From the IMG/VR virus record IMGVR_UViG_3300017435_000001, positions 1-45,509 of that record: a DNA stretch of 45,509 bases; one strand, 5' to 3'. This stretch comes from a virus. The translations under genes and the position numbers were made by a program. The notes under the pieces were generated by a model. That model did not search any database. It was not told the origin of the DNA and was given only the letters and a program-made list of their open reading frames with translations. Shown here one piece after another: positions 1 to 6,152 of this stretch. Each line of letters begins with the position of its first letter. The first letter of the stretch is position 1.

Positions 1-123
1 GATCCGCTGTCGCTTGAATGGCAGTGCGACGGTCCGGTGTCATAGCTCGGAACGCTGTGTGAATAGATCGACAGGGGTGAGGCCGGGTTGAGCGGCGACA
101 GCGGGTCCATGAGAGGCGACGGC
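1..123. repeat. Left copy of the exact 123-bp end overlap (identical to 45387-45509), closing the circular assembly
   Basis: nt 1-123 (gatccgctgtcgcttgaatgg...gagaggcgacggc) match the last 123 nt of the window base for base. Confidence 0.95.
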
Positions 124-290
124 GGCGTGTATCCGCTGTCGACCATGCCGGCCGCTGCTCTGGCCCTGCGCCTGTTCTCAGCCGCGACGTAGTTCTGCTC
201 GCGGCGCGCCAGTTCCTTCGCGCGTTCTGCGCGCTCGCGCGCCTCGCGGCGGCGACGAAACCCGAAGGGGTCTGATAAAAACGATGTCAT
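1..290 (-). CDS. 5' part of a 123-aa junction-spanning ORF (basic N-terminus, Ser/Pro-rich tail); continues at 45386->45305
   Basis: ATG at 290-288 is preceded by GGGACACAGG. The frame stays open through position 1 and joins 45386 in frame. N-terminus reads MTSFLSDPFGFRRRREARERAERAKELARRE. Confidence 0.6.
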   Translation of the reverse strand, partial: MTSFLSDPFGFRRRREARERAERAKELARREQNYVAAENRRRARAAAGMVDSGYTPPSPLMDPLSPLNPASPLSIYSHSVPSYDTGPSHCHSSDSG

Positions 291-338
291 CCTGTGTCCC
301 TCCTGCTGTCGCGGGGCGGCCGGAGCCGCCCCGATGGT

Positions 339-728
339 TCAGGCCGCGCGGCTGCGCTTGCGGCCGGTGGCGGCGTCCTCTGTGGCCGCGACCTGCTCCT
401 CGCCCGTGCTCGGGTGGCTGGTCTCCTGCGGCTCCTCGGGGACCGGCTGCGCGGTGTCGACCGTGACCTCGCCCGCCTGACCGGCGCTGGCGGCCTCGAC
501 GTCGGCCTGCGTCGGCTGCTGGGCCGCCTCGACGACGGCGGCCTCGCGGCTCGTCCAGCGGTGCTTGACGGACATCACGTCCGATTGCCCGACGAGGCCG
601 GACAGGTCGTTCGCCGTGGCCGCAGCCTCGACCGCGTCGGCCTTGGCGCGGGTGTCGGACAGGCTCTTGCGGTCGACCGGGACGAAGATCTTCACGTCGA
701 GGACGTAGCCGTGTTCACGCTTTGCCAT
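339..728 (-). CDS. Hypothetical protein (129 aa)
   Basis: ORF-track ORF with ATG and an upstream AGGAG. It sits in the leftward recombination operon. The C-terminus is Ala/Glu-rich and acidic. No family recognised. Confidence 0.6.
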   Translation of the reverse strand: MAKREHGYVLDVKIFVPVDRKSLSDTRAKADAVEAAATANDLSGLVGQSDVMSVKHRWTSREAAVVEAAQQPTQADVEAASAGQAGEVTVDTAQPVPEEPQETSHPSTGEEQVAATEDAATGRKRSRAA

Positions 729-752
729 GTGGGTGTGCTCCTGCTTCTCTGG

Positions 753-1397
753 TTAGATCCGGACGTCGTCGTGATCGACGCCGCCCTGTCCCCCGACCTC
801 GCCCGTCTTCGGGTCGTGTGGCGGATCTCCTGCGACCGCGCTCGCGGTCTGAATGAGTTCGTCGAGGATCGGCGCGAGGGCTTCGGCCGCTACCGGCTGC
901 AATCCCTTGCGGAACGCCGCCAGCGCCTCAGTCCCCTTGCCGGCCGCAGCCCGCGCGGACGCGAACATGCGCTCCTTGTTGCTGATGCGCGGCGCATCCT
1001 CGCGCAATACCTTGACCGTGAACGGCGACCGCTTCGACTTGGTTGTGGTCAAGAGCATGGTTAGCTCCCGCTCAATGTCGCTCATGTGGCTGATGCGAAC
1101 GCCTCCGACTTGCATGCCGCCGAACATAACGGCTGGGTCATTGTAGAGCGTCATGCGACGGCCGACGTACAGCGAAGCGTCGATACCCCAAGCCGCAACC
1201 ATGACGCGCCGCATAGATTTGCCGGGCTTGTACGGCTTGTTGTTGTCGCCCTCGAAGTAAACGGAAACGGGCTGATCGGCGTTGTTCGTGCCTGATACCT
1301 TCGTAATCGTGATGGTGCGCGGCCCGGCGATCAGATCGTCGGCGTTAAGTTGGTCCGACTTCGGGATGACGAACTTCGACATATCGACGCCGTTCAT
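753..1397 (-). CDS. Hypothetical protein (214 aa), positional partner of the YqaJ exonuclease (possible ssDNA-binding/annealing role; unproven)
   Basis: Its ATG overlaps the exonuclease stop (ATGA at 1397-1394), so the two are translationally coupled. No RecT/Erf/Rad52 motif recognised by eye. Confidence 0.7.
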   Translation of the reverse strand: MNGVDMSKFVIPKSDQLNADDLIAGPRTITITKVSGTNNADQPVSVYFEGDNNKPYKPGKSMRRVMVAAWGIDASLYVGRRMTLYNDPAVMFGGMQVGGVRISHMSDIERELTMLLTTTKSKRSPFTVKVLREDAPRISNKERMFASARAAAGKGTEALAAFRKGLQPVAAEALAPILDELIQTASAVAGDPPHDPKTGEVGGQGGVDHDDVRI

Positions 1398-2107
1398 ACA
1401 ACCATCTCCTGCTCTGGCGCGCGACGCTCGGTCATCGGCGCGCCGATGGTGGCCTCGTCGTACCGGATGCGGGCTTGCTTAAGCCGATCCTCGAACGCGG
1501 CGGCGGCGTTCAGAATGGCTTGCTGAACGACCGGGTCCGCCTCGCACCGCATGACCGCCATAGGCAGGCCGGCAGAGTATGAGATCAGGTCGCACCAAGC
1601 GCGGCCCGTCACAAGCATGCCAGTCTGCACCTGCAAGATATAGTCGGCCGGCGTGGTGCCTTCGAGGACGTGAACGACGAACGTCTCGACTTGGTACTTC
1701 TGCCGGCGAGACTTCGCCTCGACGAGGCCGTCATCCCCGACGAGACCGTCAGGGCTGTACCCGATGGTGAAGCCCCATCCATCAACGGCAGGCCCATCTT
1801 CCGGCACGCCGTCGTTCGTGACGAACCCAACGCGCTCGACTGGGGCGTGGTGCTTCTCGTACAGGGCGACGGCGTCAACCTCGTCTGCCATGCCGCGAAG
1901 CATGTCATCGCTGATGTACGACGGCTCGACGTAGCGCGTGATCCGCTGCGCCAGTAGCTCGTACAGGTGCGAGCGCTCCTTCTCGTTCGACGCGATCTTG
2001 AGCGTCGGCGTGATGATGTGCTTCATCTCGGAAGCGGTGAGCAAGCCGCAGCGCGCGGCGAACCACTCGTCAGTTCCCTGAACGAGATCGTGATGGTAGC
2101 GGATCAA
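1394..2107 (-). CDS. YqaJ-like (lambda Exo-type) viral recombinase exonuclease
   Basis: Contains QGTDEWFAARCGLLTASEM and YSPDGLVGDDGLVEAKSRR (PD-(D/E)xK core). The TTG at 2107 overlaps the upstream stop (TTGA). The maximal ORF in the track runs to 2221. Confidence 0.85.
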   Translation of the reverse strand: MIRYHHDLVQGTDEWFAARCGLLTASEMKHIITPTLKIASNEKERSHLYELLAQRITRYVEPSYISDDMLRGMADEVDAVALYEKHHAPVERVGFVTNDGVPEDGPAVDGWGFTIGYSPDGLVGDDGLVEAKSRRQKYQVETFVVHVLEGTTPADYILQVQTGMLVTGRAWCDLISYSAGLPMAVMRCEADPVVQQAILNAAAAFEDRLKQARIRYDEATIGAPMTERRAPEQEMVV

Positions 2108-2313
2108 AGCCGCACCTCCACCGGGAGTGCTTCGTATGCGGCTATCAGCGCAGCCGCGAAGCTGCTGCCGAAGCGATACCGGAAGCCGTCCTCTCCTGGG
2201 GCGTCGATACGGCATACCCAAGCGCGAGCCCCTGAAGCACCATGCGCCCGCGTCGCCGCGACCTTGAAGCCACGGCGTTCGATCTCGTCAAGAATTTCCT
2301 GGGTCGTTTTCAT
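2104..2313 (-). CDS. Hypothetical protein (69 aa), first gene of the leftward operon
   Basis: ATG ORF lying directly downstream of the TTGACA in the 22-bp motif. Its stop is coupled to the exonuclease start. Confidence 0.55.
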   Translation of the reverse strand: MKTTQEILDEIERRGFKVAATRAHGASGARAWVCRIDAPGEDGFRYRFGSSFAAALIAAYEALPVEVRL

Positions 2314-2349
2314 CGCTGTTTCCTTCTAGTCCCGACCTCACATGAGGCG

Positions 2350-2371
2350 AACTTGCCCCGCGTGTCAAGTT
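2350..2371 (-). promoter_or_regulatory. 22-bp near-palindrome, copy 1 (AACTTGACACGCGGGGCAAGTT on the minus strand); operator / -35 element in a divergent intergenic region
   Basis: Identical 22-mer at 9082-9103, with close variants at 45285-45306 and 12451-12472. TTGACA faces the minus-strand genes. On the plus strand, TTGCCC-17 nt-TACGGT faces gene 2410. Confidence 0.6.
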
Positions 2372-2409
2372 CGCTTACGGTATCCGAACCGAAATTCAGG
2401 GGCGACGAG

Positions 2410-2739
2410 ATGGACGAGTTCGACAACCCGGCCGAGAGGCTGTTCCAGTTGTTCGCGACGAACCGCAGGCCGACGCGAGAGGGCGCGGTGCGGAGGCGCA
2501 ACAATGGGTTCACACGTTTTTGTGAACTCTCCGGCATCAACCCGACCGTGGCCTCGCGCTGGCGCAAGGGCGTGAACGGACACGGCAAGTCCTACGGTTC
2601 GCCCGGCGAAGTGCCCCCGCAGTACAACGATCGCGTCTTGCTGGCCGTCGACACGGCTGGCATTCCGCGCGACGTGCTGAAGGGTATTCTGAAGCCGGCG
2701 ACGTGCGCGACGTGCGGGCGTGAGATGGGGGAAGTCTGA
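2410..2739 (+). CDS. Cro/YdaS-like helix-turn-helix DNA-binding protein (109 aa)
   Basis: ATG with AGGGG 8 nt upstream. HTH-like segment FTRFCELSGINPTVASRWRKG, followed by PPQYNDRVLLAVDTAGIPRDVL. C-terminal CATCG. Confidence 0.7.
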   Translation: MDEFDNPAERLFQLFATNRRPTREGAVRRRNNGFTRFCELSGINPTVASRWRKGVNGHGKSYGSPGEVPPQYNDRVLLAVDTAGIPRDVLKGILKPATCATCGREMGEV

Positions 2740-3338
2740 TGCGCGTCCTTGTGGCATGTGAGTTCAGCGGAACGGTCCGCCGTGCGTTTCGCGCGCTTGG
2801 TCACGACGCCTGGTCTTGCGACCTGCTGCCGGCAGAAGATGGCGGGGAGCATATCCAAGGCGACGCGCTTGTTGCCGCCATCGGCGGCGCTCCTCTCAAG
2901 CCGGAGCAGCGGTTGTGGGAAGCGGGGTGGGATCTTGTTATCGCGCACCCGCCATGCACGCACCTTTCAATTAGCGGGGCGAGATGGTTCAAGGATAAAA
3001 AGGAGGAGCAAGAAGAAGCACTGCATTTTGTGCAAAAGCTTATGGATCTTCCTTTCAAAAGAATAGCAATCGAAAATCCGGTTTCAGTTATATCATCAAG
3101 AATAAGAAAACCAGATCAGATAATACAGCCTTGGCAATTTGGTCATGGCGAAACAAAAAAGACCTGCCTTTGGCTAAAGGGTCTGCCAAAGTTAGTTGCA
3201 ACAGATATCGTTTCAGGGCGTGAGCCTCGTATCCATTACGCGCAGCCGGGGCCTGACCGTTGGAAGGAACGGAGCCGAACTTACTCGGGTATTGCTAAGG
3301 CTATGGCAGAGCAGTGGGGCGCGACCGATAATGCTTGA
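2739..3338 (+). CDS. Short C5 cytosine DNA methyltransferase-like protein (199 aa)
   Basis: Motif I-like VLVACEFSG, motif IV-like HPPCTHLSISG (PC Cys), motif VI-like IAIENP. The ATG shares its A with the upstream TGA. Confidence 0.7.
   Translation: MRVLVACEFSGTVRRAFRALGHDAWSCDLLPAEDGGEHIQGDALVAAIGGAPLKPEQRLWEAGWDLVIAHPPCTHLSISGARWFKDKKEEQEEALHFVQKLMDLPFKRIAIENPVSVISSRIRKPDQIIQPWQFGHGETKKTCLWLKGLPKLVATDIVSGREPRIHYAQPGPDRWKERSRTYSGIAKAMAEQWGATDNA
2965..3215. other. Intragenic low-GC patch (about 39% GC) inside the methyltransferase-like gene
   Basis: Hand count gives 70 G+C in nt 3001-3180, against 40/60 in nt 2761-2820. Confidence 0.85.
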
Positions 3339-4809
3339 CACGACAGCGCCGCAGGAGATCCGGCTCCGCGAATACCAGCTTGAGGGGGTCGACAAGATCC
3401 GCGCCGCGCTCCGGCGTTCGAGCGCCGTCCTGTTTCAGGCCCCGACCGGCGCAGGCAAGACGCAGGTCGTCGCGTACATGATGAAGGCCGCGGTCGCGAA
3501 AGGCGGCCGCCCTTGGTTCATCATGCACCGCGACTTCCTCGTCGATCAGACGTCCAAGACGCTCGCGCGCGTCGGCGTAGACCATGCGTTCATCGCTGCC
3601 GGCCGACGCTGGAACCCGTGGGCCGACGCGCAGGTGTGCGCCATCGACACCCTGCGGACGCGCATTGAGCGCGTTCCGAAGGATCGGCTCCCGACCGTCG
3701 TGTTCGTCGACGAGGCGCACCATAGCTGCGCGGGCACCTGGTTAAAGGTCCTGCGGTGGCTGGTCGATCAGGGGTGCAAGGTCGTCGGCGTATCCGCCAC
3801 GCCGGAGCGACTAGACGGTAAGGGCCTCGACGAGTTCTATCAGGAGATCGTTCTCGGCCCGTCCGTCGAGTGGCTGATCGGCGAAGGGTTCCTGTCGCGG
3901 TACGTGGCGTTCGCGCCGTCCGCCCCGAACCTCGACGGTATCGGGTCGCGCGGCGGCGACTTCAAGACGGACGAGATCGCGGCCGAGATGGACAAGGACA
4001 CGCTCGTCGGGGACATGGTCGGCCATTACCAGCGGCTCGCCACCGGCAAGCGCGCCGTCGCGTTTGGCGTGACCATCGCTCATTCGCAGCACATGGCCGC
4101 GAAGTTCCGTTCTGCCGGCGTGTCGGCCGTCCATATCGACGGGGGGTCGACGTGGGACGAGCGCAAGAGCGCGGCTGTCGGCATGGCAATTGGGGAGATC
4201 GACGTCATCTGCAACGTCGGGCTCTTAGGCGAGGGGTACGATCTGGCGGCGCAGGCCGGCAGGGATGTGACCATCGAAGCCGTTATCCTGGCGCGGCCGA
4301 CGCAATCGCTCGCGATGTACATGCAGCAGGTGGGCCGCGCGCTGCGGCCGAAGGACGAGCCGGCGGTCATCCTCGACCACGCCGGGAACGTCATGCGCCA
4401 CGGCCTGCCAGACGACGAGCGCGCCTGGACTATCGAGGGCAAGAAGAAAGCGAAGAAGCTCGCCAGCGCTCCGACCGCGCCGACGCCGCGCGTGTGCCTG
4501 TCCTGTTTCGCGCAGTGCCGCGCGGGCTCGATCAAGTGCTCCAACTGCGGCGAGCCGTTCGGTGGGCCGGAGCGCGTCCTCGACGAGACCGACGACGAGC
4601 TTGTCGCCGTCGACCCGAAGGAGCTTCGCCGCATGCGGGCCGCGCAAGAGGCTGCGTGCCAGACCATGCTTGATTACGTGGCGGTCGGCCGGGCTCGCGG
4701 GTACGAGAAGCCGGAAGCCTGGGCGCGGCATGTGTGGGAGGCGAAGCAGAGGAACAAAGACCGCGCGCCACGCTGGCGCGAGGAACAGGCAGCGGCGATG
4801 AGGAGATAG
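3331..4809 (+). CDS. Superfamily-2 DEAD/DEAH (ResIII-type) helicase with C-terminal zinc ribbon
   Basis: Walker A FQAPTGAGKTQV, motif II VFVDEAHH, SAT-like GVSATPER, motif VI QQVGRALR. C-terminal CLSCFAQC...CSNCG. ATG 3331 overlaps the methyltransferase-like gene's stop. Confidence 0.9.
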   Translation: MLDTTAPQEIRLREYQLEGVDKIRAALRRSSAVLFQAPTGAGKTQVVAYMMKAAVAKGGRPWFIMHRDFLVDQTSKTLARVGVDHAFIAAGRRWNPWADAQVCAIDTLRTRIERVPKDRLPTVVFVDEAHHSCAGTWLKVLRWLVDQGCKVVGVSATPERLDGKGLDEFYQEIVLGPSVEWLIGEGFLSRYVAFAPSAPNLDGIGSRGGDFKTDEIAAEMDKDTLVGDMVGHYQRLATGKRAVAFGVTIAHSQHMAAKFRSAGVSAVHIDGGSTWDERKSAAVGMAIGEIDVICNVGLLGEGYDLAAQAGRDVTIEAVILARPTQSLAMYMQQVGRALRPKDEPAVILDHAGNVMRHGLPDDERAWTIEGKKKAKKLASAPTAPTPRVCLSCFAQCRAGSIKCSNCGEPFGGPERVLDETDDELVAVDPKELRRMRAAQEAACQTMLDYVAVGRARGYEKPEAWARHVWEAKQRNKDRAPRWREEQAAAMRR

Positions 4810-4813
4810 CGAG

Positions 4814-5185
4814 ATGGCGGTCTATGTCGACGACGTCGAGCACGGCTTCGGCCGCATGAAGATGTGCCACTTGTGGGCCGACACCTTGCCGGAACTTCTG
4901 GCGATTGTCGACCGCATCGGAGTTCAAAGGAAATGGATACAGGGGCACCCCGAGTTAAGCTTTGGCAAGCACAAGGCCGCGTCGTGGGTACACTTCGATA
5001 TTGCTAAGGCGAAGAAGTCCCTCGCGATCCAGGCAGGCGCGGTGTTGACGGATAGATACGGGCCGCTCGAACACTGCGCTCGGCTTGACGCCGAAAGCGG
5101 TGACGAGGCCCGCATCGCTAGGGGGGAGCGGCGTCTCGCCATGATAGCGAGCGCTCGCAGCGGGAGTTGCAGCGCTGATGTCTGA
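4814..5185 (+). CDS. DUF4031-family protein
   Basis: Signature MAVYVDD...GRMKMCHLWADTLPELLAIVDRIGV...HFDIAKAKKSLAIQAGA, matching DUF4031 as I recall it. Confidence 0.75.
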   Translation: MAVYVDDVEHGFGRMKMCHLWADTLPELLAIVDRIGVQRKWIQGHPELSFGKHKAASWVHFDIAKAKKSLAIQAGAVLTDRYGPLEHCARLDAESGDEARIARGERRLAMIASARSGSCSADV

Positions 5186-5570
5186 AAAAGATCTCATGAA
5201 CCCGCTACTGCTCCGCGCGAGCAAGGCCGGGCACCGCTGGTTCCGGCAGAACGTCGGCGTCGGGTGGGTCGGCAAGCTGCTGCGCAAGACGGAAGAGACG
5301 GTGACGCTCGGGAACGCGCGTCCGCTGCATGCCGGCCTCTGCGTCGGGTCCGGCGACATCATCGGTTGGACTCGGCGCGAGATCACGCCGGAGATGGTCG
5401 GGCAGACGGTCGCGGTGTTCACGTCCGTCGAGATCAAGCGCGGCCGGACCGCGACGACGAAGGAGCAGACGGCGTTCTGCGAGGCTGTCCTCGCGGCAGG
5501 CGGTATCGCGGGCATAGTGCGCAGCGTCGAGGAAGGCGAGGCGCTGTTTCACCAAGGGGGCGGGGCATGA
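5178..5570 (+). CDS. VRR-NUC domain nuclease
   Basis: GSGDIIGWT...VFTSVEIKRGRTATTKEQTAFCEAVLAAGGIAGIVRS gives the D...E-x-K core with Q. Overlaps the upstream gene by 8 nt. Confidence 0.85.
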   Translation: MSEKDLMNPLLLRASKAGHRWFRQNVGVGWVGKLLRKTEETVTLGNARPLHAGLCVGSGDIIGWTRREITPEMVGQTVAVFTSVEIKRGRTATTKEQTAFCEAVLAAGGIAGIVRSVEEGEALFHQGGGA

Positions 5571-5854
5571 GTAGACGGATGGATCGGGAAGGCGTGACCG
5601 ATGGGGACGTCGGGCGCATATTGAACAAGCGGTATTGGGCCGAACAGAAGCGGCGCGGTCTTGATAGCCAATGGTGGGTGCCATTTACTACTGCGCAAGG
5701 GTTCGCAGAACTTAACCGCGCGTCGTGGCATCGCGTGTACCGTTTGTGGGTTTTGCGCGACTTAATATCTCCGTACGAGCGCAAAGAGAACTTCCGGTAT
5801 GCCGGGCTTGCTCTCGCCGCTTCTCGGGCTTGCGACCGCCCTGCGCTACCCTGA
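5567..5854 (+). CDS. Hypothetical protein (95 aa)
   Basis: ATGA overlap with the VRR-NUC stop. Last gene before the convergent hairpin. Confidence 0.6.
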   Translation: MSRRMDREGVTDGDVGRILNKRYWAEQKRRGLDSQWWVPFTTAQGFAELNRASWHRVYRLWVLRDLISPYERKENFRYAGLALAASRACDRPALP

Positions 5855-5860
5855 AACGAA

Positions 5861-5893
5861 AGACCCGCCGGTGCGGGGGCATCCGGCGGGTCT
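5861..5893. terminator. Bidirectional hairpin terminator between convergent operons
   Basis: Perfect 11-bp stem AGACCCGCCGG / CCGGCGGGTCT with an 11-nt loop, located between gene ends at 5854 (+) and 5940 (-). Confidence 0.7.
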
Positions 5894-5939
5894 ACTTCCA
5901 GGGGGACTAGAAGAGGGCTCTAAAACCCTGGCGTCTTGC

Positions 5940-6152
5940 TTACGCGGCGTTCTTCTCTCGGTCAAGACGGACCGCCTCGCGAATTACAGCCTCGTGCTCC
6001 TGCATGAACGCCAGCGTCGCGCGGACGGATCGCATCACGTCTAGTCGGTACTCCGTCATCCGCTCGTCTTCGTACGGCGGGCCGAACATGCGGGACAGGC
6101 GCGGCTCTAGCGCGTCGAGGGTGCTGATCTGGTTCGTGAGGCTGTGCTTCAC
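5940..6152 (-). CDS. Hypothetical protein (70 aa)
   Basis: GTG start overlaps the primase stop (GTGA). Last gene of the leftward replication operon. Confidence 0.55.
   Translation of the reverse strand: MKHSLTNQISTLDALEPRLSRMFGPPYEDERMTEYRLDVMRSVRATLAFMQEHEAVIREAVRLDREKNAA

Noticed and set aside
2350-2371. Reading the 22-bp motif as a sigma-54 promoter (TGGCACG-N4-TTGC)
   Set aside because: The -24 GG is missing (TGACAC), and GCAA rather than TTGC follows at the -12 spacing. The dyad symmetry is explained better by a dimeric operator overlapping a sigma-70-type -35.
4814-4840. YVDD tetrapeptide (MAVYVDDVEH) as a hint of a reverse transcriptase / diversity-generating retroelement, expected from the BPP-1-like capsid module
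   Set aside because: The 123-aa protein matches the DUF4031 signature, not RT motifs. No RT-sized ORF, template/variable repeat pair or mtd-like gene was found anywhere in the window.
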